Sequence record: SRR31156797_4947
Strand: one strand, 5' to 3'
DNA length: 47,541 bases
The notes under the pieces: model-generated
The model's input: the letters and a program-made list of their open reading frames with translations, nothing else
Told to the model about the DNA's origin: nothing
The model's database searches: none
Shown here: positions 9,256 to 19,291 of the stretch, in pieces
Position numbering within the stretch: position 1 is the stretch's first letter
Layout of the letters: each line of letters starts with the position of its first letter
Translations under genes and position numbers: made by a program

Positions 9256-10329
9256 CTAACGATTACAAAAATTAACGACCGCTCCGGGAATATTTCTGAG
9301 CGGCATAATCTTATCAACCCCGCCTAACTTGATGGCTTCCTGCGGCATACCGAAAACAACGCAGGAGGCCTCATCCTGCGCGATACAGTATGTTCCCGCA
9401 TCGTGCATTTCTTTCATACCTTTAGCCCCGTCATCACCCATTCCGGTCATGATTACGCCCACAGCATTCTTTCCGGCACTGGAAGCACCGGAACGGAAGA
9501 GGACATCCACGGAAGGTCGGTGGCGGCTAACCAACGGCCCATCTTTAATCTCGACATAGTAGCGGGCACCGGAACGCTTAAGCAACATGTGCTTGTTGCC
9601 GGGCGCAATCAAAGCCTGCCCCCTCAAAATACTATCGCCGTCCCTAGCTTCCTTCACGGTAATACGGCAGATGGTATCCAACCTTGAAGCAAACGCAGCA
9701 GTAAATTTCTCCGGCATGTGCTGCACAATGGCAATCCCCGGAGAATCAAGGGGCATGCTTTGTAAAAAATTTTGGATAGCCTCGGTTCCCCCGGTAGAAG
9801 CGCCAACAAGTATTACTTTCTCAGTAGTTTGCAGGGTTGTAGTTCTCGGTCGGGACTTGGGCAGGACCGCATCTGCGGAAAGTTTGGGCTGAACTGTCAT
9901 GGGACGAGCAGAAAGCTTGCGGGGCCTGGTCATGGCAGCAGCTTTGACTACATCGCAAACACGAATGCTGGATTCTTCGAAAAACTGTTTTGTGCCTATT
10001 TTCGGTTTTGTAATCACATCAACAGCTCCGTATTCAAGGGCTTTCATATAAGCATCAGAACCCTGCTCTGTAAGGGTAGAACATATAACCACGGGAACAG
10101 GATGTTGGGTCATTAACTTGCGCAGAAAAGTCAACCCGTCCATTTTGGGCATTTCGATATCAAGGGTAATGACATCCGGAACAATTCTTTTCATTATTTC
10201 CGCTGCAGCAAAGGGATCTCCAGCACTGCCTACAACCTGTATACTTGAATCAGTAGCAAAAAGCTGTTGTAACGCCTGCCGGACCAGAGCTGAGTCATCA
10301 ACAATCAGAACTTTGGTTTTATTATTCAT
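9256..10329 (-). CDS. cheB: Chemotaxis methylesterase CheB
   Basis: REC domain (VLIVDDS, LDIEMP) plus GASTGG, VQHMP and MTGMGDDG catalytic motifs. Confidence 0.97.
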   Translation of the reverse strand: MNNKTKVLIVDDSALVRQALQQLFATDSSIQVVGSAGDPFAAAEIMKRIVPDVITLDIEMPKMDGLTFLRKLMTQHPVPVVICSTLTEQGSDAYMKALEYGAVDVITKPKIGTKQFFEESSIRVCDVVKAAAMTRPRKLSARPMTVQPKLSADAVLPKSRPRTTTLQTTEKVILVGASTGGTEAIQNFLQSMPLDSPGIAIVQHMPEKFTAAFASRLDTICRITVKEARDGDSILRGQALIAPGNKHMLLKRSGARYYVEIKDGPLVSRHRPSVDVLFRSGASSAGKNAVGVIMTGMGDDGAKGMKEMHDAGTYCIAQDEASCVVFGMPQEAIKLGGVDKIMPLRNIPGAVVNFCNR

Positions 10330-10331
10330 AC

Positions 10332-11219
10332 CTAAACCTTTTGATAAACAGTGGGAGCAATCTGCCTGACCGGAAGTTCCATTCCTGAAATACTTTCAGA
10401 ATGTCCGATAAATAAATATCCGCCTTTAGACAACGAGGAACAGAACTTCTTGAACAAGGAGTACTGTGTAGCTCTGTCAAAATATATGACAACATTGCGA
10501 CAGAAAATTATATCTTTTTGATCTTTGAATGGAAAAGGCTCCATGAAATTAAGTCGCCGGAAATCAACTTTATTGCGCAATGCCGAAACAACCCGAACCA
10601 ACGGCTTAGCTTTATCCTTGCTTTTGAGCAGATACTTTTTCTTCAGAGCCATAGGGACCACGTCCACCTTGCTCATGGGATAAACCGCATTGATAGCCTT
10701 GCGCAGAATATCATTTGAAATATCTGTGGCCATCAAAGAATACTTGAAGCTAGGATTCTTTTCAGCAAATTCATTAAGGACCATACACAAAGTATAAGGT
10801 TCCTCGCCACTGGAGCACCCTGCAGACCAAATTTTAACAGGCCTGCCATTGCGCTGACAAAGATCAGGCAATACAGTACTTAGCAACAATTCAAAATGTT
10901 TGGGTTCCCGGAAGAAATCAGTAGTATTAGTTGTCACCACGTCGATAAGCTGGGTCAGTTCCTTTTCAAACCCTCCGGGACTGAACAGAAAATCACAATA
11001 CTGTGAATGACAGTTGAAACCAAGAGCACGTAATCTTTTCTGAAGACGCGCCTCCAGCATTGTCTTCTTGGAAGGCGGCATCTTGATTCCAAACTCCTCC
11101 TTAATCAGCTTACTGAATTTGCCAAAATCAGATTCTGTCATCTTAGGCGTAAACGCTACTGTAGCATGCTCCCCTTTCTTAGACTTTCTTTTGTCCTTCT
11201 TATCCTTCTTAAAAACCAT
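10332..11219 (-). CDS. cheR: Chemotaxis methyltransferase CheR
   Basis: [42 protein letters not shown] at 11219 overlaps the cheA stop (TGATG). Confidence 0.95.
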   Translation of the reverse strand: MVFKKDKKDKRKSKKGEHATVAFTPKMTESDFGKFSKLIKEEFGIKMPPSKKTMLEARLQKRLRALGFNCHSQYCDFLFSPGGFEKELTQLIDVVTTNTTDFFREPKHFELLLSTVLPDLCQRNGRPVKIWSAGCSSGEEPYTLCMVLNEFAEKNPSFKYSLMATDISNDILRKAINAVYPMSKVDVVPMALKKKYLLKSKDKAKPLVRVVSALRNKVDFRRLNFMEPFPFKDQKDIIFCRNVVIYFDRATQYSLFKKFCSSLSKGGYLFIGHSESISGMELPVRQIAPTVYQKV

Positions 11220-13399
11220 CAATCAGCCGCCTTTATTTCAGCCAGAACTGTCCTGAATAATTTCGGAATATCAAGAATTAGTGCGAGGGTTCCGTCTCCC
11301 TTAATAGTAGCTCCGGAGATGCCTTCCACATCACGATATACACGCCCCAGACTCTTAATTACCGTCTGGTGCTCACCGATAACAGTATCCACGACAACGC
11401 CAATTCGGCTGCCGTCAAGTCCGGTAATTACAATCTGCTCAATAGGCGGGGATTCTCCCTCAACCTCGAACCATTCACGAATCCTGATATAAGGAACAAT
11501 TTCTCCGCGCAGATTCACAAACTGCTGACCGTTAGCTTCTTCCACATCCTTCCGGGTGAGTTCAACGCACTCTTCAACCAAAGAAAGGGGGATTACAAAA
11601 TAATCATCACTGACCCGAACCTGCAAACCATCAATAATTGCAAGGGTCAGCGGCAACCTGATGGTTATGATTGTTCCCTTACCTTCTTCGCTTGTTATAT
11701 CAATACTGCCGCGCAGGGAATCAATGGCCCGCTTTACAACGTCCATCCCCACCCCGCGCCCGGAAACATTGGTAACACTCTGAGCAGTGGAGAAACCTGG
11801 TTCGAAAATAAGATTAAAAATTTCTTTATCGCTAAGATCCTGATCAGCAGAAATAAGCCCCTTTTCAGCTGCCTTGGCCTTAATGGTCTCCTTGGACATA
11901 CCCTTACCGTCATCTTCGATAAGGATCATGACATCACCACCGGAATGTTCTGCGGAAAGAGTAATGGCCCCCCGACGGGGCTTGCCTTTTGCCACGCGCA
12001 TTTCAGGTCCTTCGATGCCGTGGTCAATAGAATTACGCAACAGATGCACAAGAGGATCACCAAGACGTTCGATAACTGTCTTGTCCAGCTCGGTTTCCGC
12101 GCCGTTGGTATTGAGATCGATTTCTTTACCGAGATCTTCGGAAAGATCACGGACAAGGCGTCTAAACTTGCTGAAAGTTGTCCCGATGGGCAGCATCCTG
12201 ATTCCAAGGGTACTATCTCTGAGTTCATCGGAAAGACGTTCAAGCTCCTCGGAAAGAGCTGTCAGGGCTGGATCAGCCTTGGAACTGACCACCTGACTGA
12301 TCTGGGCCTGGACAATTACCAACTCGCCCACAAGATCCACAAGATAATCTAATTTTTCAGCGGAAACCCTGATGGAAGATGCAGTATCCACCTTCTTACG
12401 TGACTGCTTAGCTGCAGTTTTGAATTCTTTTGCAGCACTCTGCTCAGCAAGCGCACTTTCCACTTTTTGCTTGCTGACCACACCCTTTTCAGTAAGCAAT
12501 TCACCTAAAGGTTTCTGATCTGCCAAAACCTCATCAATAGATTCAGAGGCTACAACTCCTCTTTCCACGAGGATTTCACCAAGCTTTTTGGTTGGCTCAG
12601 TTGAACCCAAAAAATCATCACTCTCGACATCAGCATGCGCAATATCAAGGACATCCGCAAAGTCCTCCCGAGCTGCTTCGCGCACATTCACGGTTACCGG
12701 GATGTCGGTAAAAAAGAAAATTTCCTCAATGGACATGGAGTCCACATCGCTCTCAAAAATGACATCCCACCAGACTTCATCATCCCTGTGCAGAACTTTC
12801 GACCGAACAACTCCTATCCGCCCGAGATCATCCAGAAGGGGATCAAGATTTTCTTCATCAACATCGTTACCCAGAGCAACCTTGATAACAATCTGATAAA
12901 GACTTTTCAGCGGCTGATCAGCTGAAGCTTCTTCAATATCCGCAGCCGAGACTTCAAGATTTTCTGCTTCCGCGGCTATATCGCTAACAGTTTCATCTTC
13001 TATTTCCGGGTCTATTCCGCCTCCGTCAGCAGCAACATCCTTTAAACCTTCGAGGATACCGTTCCCAACACTGGAGTCCCCTTGCCCGGACGAAGATTCT
13101 AACATTGAATAAATATGATCACGTGCAGCTAGAGAAAGACTCAAAAGATTTTTAGTTATCTCAAGTTCCTCATTCCTGACCTTATCAAATATGGTCTCCA
13201 CCTCATGGGTAAATTCAGCAATGGCATCAAAGCCAAACATGGACCCGGAACCTTTGATCGTATGCAGGGCTCTGAAGACACGATTGATTATATCCATATC
13301 GTCAGGAACATCTTCAAGCTCAAGCAAAGAGGTTTCAAGCTCACCCAGTAATTCGTACGCTTCTTCCTTGAATACTTGAGTTGTCATATCATCAGACAT
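11219..13399 (-). CDS. cheA: Chemotaxis histidine kinase CheA with an MshEN-like insert
   Basis: Hpt domain FRALHTIKGS, HLLRNSIDHG, GFSTA...SGRGVGMDVV, C-terminal CheW-like domain. Confidence 0.96.
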   Translation of the reverse strand: MSDDMTTQVFKEEAYELLGELETSLLELEDVPDDMDIINRVFRALHTIKGSGSMFGFDAIAEFTHEVETIFDKVRNEELEITKNLLSLSLAARDHIYSMLESSSGQGDSSVGNGILEGLKDVAADGGGIDPEIEDETVSDIAAEAENLEVSAADIEEASADQPLKSLYQIVIKVALGNDVDEENLDPLLDDLGRIGVVRSKVLHRDDEVWWDVIFESDVDSMSIEEIFFFTDIPVTVNVREAAREDFADVLDIAHADVESDDFLGSTEPTKKLGEILVERGVVASESIDEVLADQKPLGELLTEKGVVSKQKVESALAEQSAAKEFKTAAKQSRKKVDTASSIRVSAEKLDYLVDLVGELVIVQAQISQVVSSKADPALTALSEELERLSDELRDSTLGIRMLPIGTTFSKFRRLVRDLSEDLGKEIDLNTNGAETELDKTVIERLGDPLVHLLRNSIDHGIEGPEMRVAKGKPRRGAITLSAEHSGGDVMILIEDDGKGMSKETIKAKAAEKGLISADQDLSDKEIFNLIFEPGFSTAQSVTNVSGRGVGMDVVKRAIDSLRGSIDITSEEGKGTIITIRLPLTLAIIDGLQVRVSDDYFVIPLSLVEECVELTRKDVEEANGQQFVNLRGEIVPYIRIREWFEVEGESPPIEQIVITGLDGSRIGVVVDTVIGEHQTVIKSLGRVYRDVEGISGATIKGDGTLALILDIPKLFRTVLAEIKAAD

Positions 13400-13503
13400 A
13401 AAAAATTCTCCAAGTCATTTGAATAGGCTGATAAACACTACTATTTTTAAACATTTAATCAATTTCAATCAAGCAGTATAATTATCAAAGGCGTAAAAAA
13501 ACC

Positions 13504-13532
13504 AAAAAAGGCCCTTTGCAACCAAAGGACCC
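13504..13532 (-). terminator. Rho-independent terminator after the fusA-paralog/DUF2062 unit
   Basis: Minus strand reads GGTCCTTTG-GTTG-CAAAGGGCC-TTTTTT. Confidence 0.7.
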
Positions 13533-13602
13533 TTCATAATTATCACGAAATCTCACAAAAAAAAGCAACTTTTGCCTATGCAAGATATTAGAATAAATTA
13601 AT

Positions 13603-14106
13603 TTACAATTTCTTCCTGCGGGCAAGCATCCGCAAAGTCTTACGCCTGCGATATCGACGAACAAAGTAGAGAGCTATAAAATAAGAAACTATGCCCAGCG
13701 GTACACCGAGAACGAGACCACCGAAAATCAGGATAGTCAGCCCCTGCCAACCGATATCCATGAAATCAGAAACCTGCCACTTAGCCGGATCAAACTGGAC
13801 ATCAATGGGCAGCAGGAAAGTCCCGATTTTAAACTGTACATAATAAAAAAGCAGCCAATTAAAGGGGTTTGAAATCCATGTGGCAACAGCAGCGGCAATT
13901 TTGCTGCTGCGGGTAAGAAAAGCCATTACAACCGCAATGACTGTTTGCAACGGCAGCCCCGGAATAACCGGAAAACATCCGCCAAAAACACCACAGGCAA
14001 CCCCCATAGCAATATTATGCGGAGAAGCGTCAATACGCATCAACCTAAGATAATGTAGCTTGAGAAATCTTTTAAATCTCTCCCATCTGCTGAAATTCCT
14101 CTGCAT
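13603..14106 (-). CDS. DUF2062 family membrane protein
   Basis: SPHNIAMGVACGVF...PLQT...TWISNPF motif. Start placed at ATG 14106 to avoid overlap with the upstream gene. Confidence 0.85.
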   Translation of the reverse strand: MQRNFSRWERFKRFLKLHYLRLMRIDASPHNIAMGVACGVFGGCFPVIPGLPLQTVIAVVMAFLTRSSKIAAAVATWISNPFNWLLFYYVQFKIGTFLLPIDVQFDPAKWQVSDFMDIGWQGLTILIFGGLVLGVPLGIVSYFIALYFVRRYRRRKTLRMLARRKKL

Positions 14107-14125
14107 CAACTTCCCTTTGTTGAAT

Positions 14126-16174
14126 TTAGTCCAAAACATCAAAGCTGTGAAACTTCATAGCAAAACCGGCCCTTCCCTGAGTGGACGACCTAAGATCGGT
14201 AGAAAACCCGAACATGTTCCGCAACGGAGACAATGCCTGGACAATCTTCTGGCTATTACGATCGAGCAAATTCTCGATACGTGCGCCCTTAGCTCCAAGC
14301 AATCCGATAACATCACCAACAAATTCTTCAGGAACCGAAACCTCTACATCCATAATCGGTTCCATCAACTTCGGCGAAGATGCGGCCAATGCAGTTTTTA
14401 AAGCTTTGCCAGCCGCCATATGATATCCCGGAACGCTTGACTCCCCGTCCCGTTTACGCAGTTCAAGGATGCGCACTTTCACATCCTGAACCGGAAAACC
14501 TTTGATCACACCGCTCTGCAGACCGTCATCGACTCCTTCAGCAACCGCATCCATCCAGTCGGAGGACCATTCACTAGTGTCAATTTCAAAGACAACATCC
14601 CGACCGGCCCCACGCTCCTGCGGTTCAACCGCCAGACGCACGTAGCCGTAGTGCTTCTCTTCACCAAGGAGTTTATCAAATTCCTCCTCGGCTTCTGCAT
14701 TGCCGCCCGGAACTTCCTGATAAACAACCTGCGGCTTACCGGATCTCGGTTCAAGCTTATATTCACGACACATGCGGTCCAAAACAACCTCGAGATGAAG
14801 TTCTCCCATACCTGACAGAATAATCTGCCCAGTATCTTCGTCGGTCTTCAAGGCGAGGGTCGGATCTTCCTGTAAATATTTATCCAGAACTTCTTCAAGC
14901 TTTTCGGATTCATCCACATTGCGCGGCTCGATAGCCATGGAAATAACAGGCTTGTACATTTCGATCTGTTCCAACACAAGAGGGGTTTCAGCGGTGGAAA
15001 GAGTATCTCCGGTGCGGGTATCCTTTAATCCGGCAGCCCCTACGATATCACCGATTCCTGCCACATCAAGACCTTCTTTGCGCCCTGCATGCATCTTGAA
15101 AAGGCGGGCAATGCGTTCATCCTTACCCTGTGTAAAGTTTCGCACAGTATCACCGGCTTCAATTTTACCGGAATAAATGCGCATAAGCACCATCTTACGC
15201 CCGGAATCCATGACCACTTTGAAGGCAAGAGCCTGAAATGGTCCTTTGGCTGACGGCTCAACTTCCTGCCCTGCTCCGGTTTGTGGATTTATCCCGGTCA
15301 CCTTGGGAGCCTCCAATGGGCTGGGCAGGAATTTTCCCACTCCGTCCATCAAAGGCTGAACGCCGACATTTTTCAATGCTGAACCGGAAAAGACAGGAAC
15401 CAACTTAAGATCGAGAGTCACTTTGCGGATAACTTCATCAATATATTTAGGATCAATGTCATCCTCCAAATATCTTTCCATGAATTCATCATCCACCTCG
15501 GAAAGAATCTCGCACATACGCTCCCGCCAAGGCGCAACAAATTCTTCATCCTGCGCATTCAAATCAAGAATATCAAACTCTTCGCCGTTGCTGTCCTGAT
15601 CAAAGATCAGCTTCTTCATACGAATGAGGTCATAAACAGCCGAAAACTCATCCCCGGAACCGTCTGGAATCTGGACCGGAAGACTTTTAATGGAAAGTTT
15701 GTCGCTCATGGATTCGAGCACTGCTTCAAAATCAGCACCCAAGCGATCCATTTTGTTTATAAAAACAAGTTTTGGAACTCCATAAGCCTCACTCTGCCGC
15801 CAGACAGTTTCCGACTGCGGCTCTACTCCGCCAACAGCACAAAAAACACCGACCGCTCCGTCCAGCACGCGTAAAGAGCGCTCCACCTCAATGGTAAAAT
15901 CCACATGCCCCGGAGTATCGATAATGTTAACTGTTTTATCTTCCCAGTAGCATGTGGTTACAGCGGAGGTGATAGTAATCCCGCGTTCCTGTTCTTCCGG
16001 CATATAATCCATGGTGGCGGTTCCTTCATGAACCTCGCCCAGTCTGTGAATTCTGCCTGAAAAATAGAGCATACGCTCGGTAACAGTGGTCTTACCGGCG
16101 TCAATGTGAGCAATAATTCCAATATTGCGTATCTTTCCAATACCTTTTGCAGAGAAATCAGGCTTTGCATTCAC
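14126..16174 (-). CDS. fusA: Elongation factor G paralog (EF-G2-like)
   Basis: AHIDAGKTT, RGITI, DTPGH, NKMD, GMGELHLE, STQGR; GTG start; not in an rpsL-rpsG-tuf context. Confidence 0.92.
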   Translation of the reverse strand: MNAKPDFSAKGIGKIRNIGIIAHIDAGKTTVTERMLYFSGRIHRLGEVHEGTATMDYMPEEQERGITITSAVTTCYWEDKTVNIIDTPGHVDFTIEVERSLRVLDGAVGVFCAVGGVEPQSETVWRQSEAYGVPKLVFINKMDRLGADFEAVLESMSDKLSIKSLPVQIPDGSGDEFSAVYDLIRMKKLIFDQDSNGEEFDILDLNAQDEEFVAPWRERMCEILSEVDDEFMERYLEDDIDPKYIDEVIRKVTLDLKLVPVFSGSALKNVGVQPLMDGVGKFLPSPLEAPKVTGINPQTGAGQEVEPSAKGPFQALAFKVVMDSGRKMVLMRIYSGKIEAGDTVRNFTQGKDERIARLFKMHAGRKEGLDVAGIGDIVGAAGLKDTRTGDTLSTAETPLVLEQIEMYKPVISMAIEPRNVDESEKLEEVLDKYLQEDPTLALKTDEDTGQIILSGMGELHLEVVLDRMCREYKLEPRSGKPQVVYQEVPGGNAEAEEEFDKLLGEEKHYGYVRLAVEPQERGAGRDVVFEIDTSEWSSDWMDAVAEGVDDGLQSGVIKGFPVQDVKVRILELRKRDGESSVPGYHMAAGKALKTALAASSPKLMEPIMDVEVSVPEEFVGDVIGLLGAKGARIENLLDRNSQKIVQALSPLRNMFGFSTDLRSSTQGRAGFAMKFHSFDVLD

Positions 16175-16198
16175 AGGTCACCTTCCCAGTAAAAAGAC

Positions 16199-16999
16199 TT
16201 ATTCAGCCACAGCTAGAGCTACGGATTCACGCTTGAAAAAAGAACTGTTGAAACCGTTCCAGAGCCAGCAACCTTCCTGCCCGTGAGCCAGCACAATATT
16301 AAAATTTATCAGTGCATCTCCAACAATTTCAGCAGGAACAACAGCGGCATCAGTACGAATTTCTTCAAGGGAATCCTCATCCACTTCAACGAATTCAACA
16401 TCAGGATGGACAAAAGAGAGCACATCCATATCAGGGGAATCTTCTTCCTTACAGATTGATATACTGGAAATTTCCGGTGCACGCCAGTAACGCACATGAG
16501 GGGAGCACGGCAGAAATGTAAGGTTAACACGCAGATCGAGAATTGCGCCATCAACGCGGCTTTGCATAAAGTGGTCGAGTAACTCTTCAACCTTATTCTG
16601 CGGTAACTGAACTACCTCCTCCTGCCCGGCAAGTTCAAATCCAGCCAGTACGGCCTGCGAAATTTTACCCTCTCCACCATATACAGCCAAAATATTCTTC
16701 ACCCCGGAAGCAAGGGCCGGAACAAGTGCAGCCAGAATCCTGACCGGAGAAACAGATTTTTCATCCATCAACAAGAGGGTCCATTCTATTGGTGCGGTGG
16801 AGACTTCCGTTTCAAAACCTCCGCGCCATGTATTAACATTCCAAGTCTTGCTTGGGGCTTCAGGAGAATTAATTCCATAGACCTGTGCAATCGTCTTTTT
16901 CAACCAAGCACGCTGGGGCGGCAATGTTGCTTCATAAGCTTCGCCGAAAACATTGTCATCAATCTGGTAATCCTGCAGCCAATCTGGAAATTCAAACAT
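16199..16999 (-). CDS. Hypothetical protein, remotely histidinol-dehydrogenase-like
   Basis: Segment SPVRILAALVPALASGVKNI...VLAGFELAGQEEVV resembles the HisD Rossmann region; GGAGG RBS. Confidence 0.65.
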   Translation of the reverse strand: MFEFPDWLQDYQIDDNVFGEAYEATLPPQRAWLKKTIAQVYGINSPEAPSKTWNVNTWRGGFETEVSTAPIEWTLLLMDEKSVSPVRILAALVPALASGVKNILAVYGGEGKISQAVLAGFELAGQEEVVQLPQNKVEELLDHFMQSRVDGAILDLRVNLTFLPCSPHVRYWRAPEISSISICKEEDSPDMDVLSFVHPDVEFVEVDEDSLEEIRTDAAVVPAEIVGDALINFNIVLAHGQEGCWLWNGFNSSFFKRESVALAVAE

Positions 17000-17046
17000 G
17001 TTTGCCTCCGGAACCTGTATATATAAATCAGCAGTTCTTCCTAAAT

Positions 17047-17079
17047 AAAAGCCCGACAGACATAGGTCTATCGGGCTTT
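17047..17079 (-). terminator. Rho-independent terminator after bamD
   Basis: AAAAGCCCGA...TCGGGCTTT hairpin flanked by A/T runs. Confidence 0.7.
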
Positions 17080-17100
17080 GCTTTTAACATGGGATAAAAA

Positions 17101-17832
17101 TTAGAGCCAATCAACCAGCTCTTTCCAGCTTCCCTGAAGACGCTCGCGTTCTTCCTGAGAAAGGGTTTTCTGGTATTCGTAGTAGGACATTTCCGCCTGC
17201 TTCATGGCATATTTACGCACTTCCGGCAGGTCCTTAAAATTTCTAACAACGTAGGCATAACGCTTCCACGCTGAACCGAACTTTGAAGATCTCCAGAAAA
17301 AATCCGCAATATAAAGTTCATGGTCAGCCAATGAGCGGCGGCATTTTAAAATATATTCCTTAGAAGATTTTGCATACTGGGTATCCGGATATGCTTCCTC
17401 AACCCTGTAAAAATATTCAAGGGCTTCGGTGATATTACTCTGTGGCCTGTCAATTGAACTGAAAAGTTTAAAATTACTCAGACCGATCTGGTAAAGGACA
17501 TAAGGGATCTCATCGTTACCCGGATGCAACGCTGCAAATTCCTTATAAGCCTCAGAAGCATCGAAATATTTCCCATCAAGGAAGTATGCATCTCCAAGAC
17601 TTATCTCAGCTTTCACAGTATACGGACTAAAAGGATAACGGTCTTTCAACTTAGAAAAAAACTCCGAAGCATCGTAATATTCTTTATCCTTCATGGCCTC
17701 TACACCGGCTTCGAAAAGTTCCTGCGCGGTATCTTCGGGCTTGGGAAGAAAGTAGTAGTCAATAACTCCACAGCCGGTCAGGCTGATAAGAAGAAAAGAA
17801 ACTAAAAAAATAGAAAGAAATTTATTTCGCAT
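17101..17832 (-). CDS. bamD: Outer-membrane protein assembly lipoprotein BamD
   Basis: Lipobox LTGC, TPR helices, YPFSPY, LHP, DRPQ, LADHELYIADFF. Confidence 0.92.
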   Translation of the reverse strand: MRNKFLSIFLVSFLLISLTGCGVIDYYFLPKPEDTAQELFEAGVEAMKDKEYYDASEFFSKLKDRYPFSPYTVKAEISLGDAYFLDGKYFDASEAYKEFAALHPGNDEIPYVLYQIGLSNFKLFSSIDRPQSNITEALEYFYRVEEAYPDTQYAKSSKEYILKCRRSLADHELYIADFFWRSSKFGSAWKRYAYVVRNFKDLPEVRKYAMKQAEMSYYEYQKTLSQEERERLQGSWKELVDWL

Positions 17833-18752
17833 TATTTATGTTCCAGATACGCATACGCGGCCGTGGCGGCAGTGGCGCCATCACCAACGGCAGTGACAAC
17901 CTGCCTGCATTTCTTTGAGCGGATGTCACCTGCGGCATATATTCCGGGAATACTTGATTCCATTTCGCAGGTTGTTTTTATAAATCCATACTTATCAAGT
18001 GCCAGCTCTTTTGGGAAAAAACTGCACACGGCATCAAAACCGACAAAAATAAAAACTCCGTCCACATCAAGGACGGAATAATCTCCGGTAGCTACACTCT
18101 TAACTTCAACACCGGCAACTTCGGTATTACCGACAATCTTCGAAACAACTGAATTGAGGACAGGCTCAATCACCGGGTTTGACAGACATTTATCCTGATA
18201 AACCCTATCCGCCCTGAATTCTTCCCTGCGATGCACAAGGTAAAGCTTCTTTACAAGCCTTGAAAGATAGATGGATTCCTCAAGCGCGGAATTACCGCCG
18301 CCAATAACAGCCACAACCTTATCACGGTAAAAATGACCGTCACACAGGGCACAATAAGAAACCCCACGTCCTAGCAGCTTTTCCTCGTTGGGAACTTTTA
18401 ATTTTCTAAAAGTAACCCCAGATGTAATTATGACCACCTGAGTTTTTACATGATCGCCGCTCGCAACCACAACTTCATGATACTCTTCACCGGGAATGAT
18501 CTGCTGCACCTCATCATAGACATGGTCAAACTTGTAATGTTTGACGTGTCTGTCCATTCTGTCGGCCAGCTCGTACCCTTTGATTCCATCAGGGAATCCA
18601 GGAAAATTCTCCAGTTCATCGGTCAAGAGCATCTGTCCGCCATGGGACATCTTTTCGACGGCAAGAAAATTAACTCCTGCCCTCGCAAGATAAAGGGCGG
18701 CCGCCATTCCGGCTGGGCCGCCCCCAATTACAACGGCGTCATAAGACTTCAT
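17832..18752 (-). CDS. trxB: Thioredoxin-disulfide reductase
   Basis: GGGPAG, GVSYCALCDG, GGGNSA, AAGD motifs. Confidence 0.96.
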   Translation of the reverse strand: MKSYDAVVIGGGPAGMAAALYLARAGVNFLAVEKMSHGGQMLLTDELENFPGFPDGIKGYELADRMDRHVKHYKFDHVYDEVQQIIPGEEYHEVVVASGDHVKTQVVIITSGVTFRKLKVPNEEKLLGRGVSYCALCDGHFYRDKVVAVIGGGNSALEESIYLSRLVKKLYLVHRREEFRADRVYQDKCLSNPVIEPVLNSVVSKIVGNTEVAGVEVKSVATGDYSVLDVDGVFIFVGFDAVCSFFPKELALDKYGFIKTTCEMESSIPGIYAAGDIRSKKCRQVVTAVGDGATAATAAYAYLEHK

Positions 18753-18755
18753 TAT

Positions 18756-19076
18756 TTACAGAGCCTTGCTGCTGATCATTTCCTTAATGCTGCTCTTGGA
18801 AACTGCTCCAGTGGTCTGGTCTACAACTTCGCCATCCTTGAAAAGGATGAGGGTCGGAATAGCACGGATGCCATACTTACCGGGAGACGCAGGGTTATCA
18901 TCTACATTCATCTTGCAGATCTTAATCTGGCCGGAGAATTCTTCAGCAAGCTCGTCAATTACAGGGCCCATTGCACGACAGGGTCCGCACCACGGAGCCC
19001 AGAAGTCAACCAGAACAGGCTTATCACTATTGAGAACTTCTTCTTGGAAATTGGAATCGGTAACCTGCAAAGCCAT
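18756..19076 (-). CDS. trxA: Thioredoxin
   Basis: WCGPC active site; AGGAG RBS. Confidence 0.97.
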   Translation of the reverse strand: MALQVTDSNFQEEVLNSDKPVLVDFWAPWCGPCRAMGPVIDELAEEFSGQIKICKMNVDDNPASPGKYGIRAIPTLILFKDGEVVDQTTGAVSKSSIKEMISSKAL

Positions 19077-19179
19077 GTTTTTCTCCTTGTTACAGTATTC
19101 AGGTAGCTGTGCCTGAAGACAGACACATCAAATTGTCTTCGTCCGGATTCCACCCATAATAGTGGAATTCAATTTTTAA

Positions 19180-19208
19180 AATTTAATTCCCGTTGCTCTA
19201 TGTGTCAA
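19180..19208 (-). promoter_or_regulatory. Sigma-70 promoter candidate for trxA-trxB-bamD
   Basis: TTGACA-N17-TAAATT on the minus strand, about 100 nt upstream of trxA. Confidence 0.6.
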
Positions 19209-19291
19209 GATGAACAGACACAATGGTTTAGCAACTATTAAAATAGATACTACCCACCCTTAAGGGCAAAGGCAACACCCGCTTACCTAAA

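Noticed and set aside
11369-12352. 327-aa plus-strand ORF, and similar ones opposite clpA, priA, glmM and ftsH
   Set aside because: They lie entirely antisense to conserved genes and have no independent support.
17832-19076. Selenoproteins near selC (trxA/trxB)
   Set aside because: Both use Cys motifs (WCGPC, CALC) and end in TAA; I saw no convincing in-frame TGA read-through in the window.
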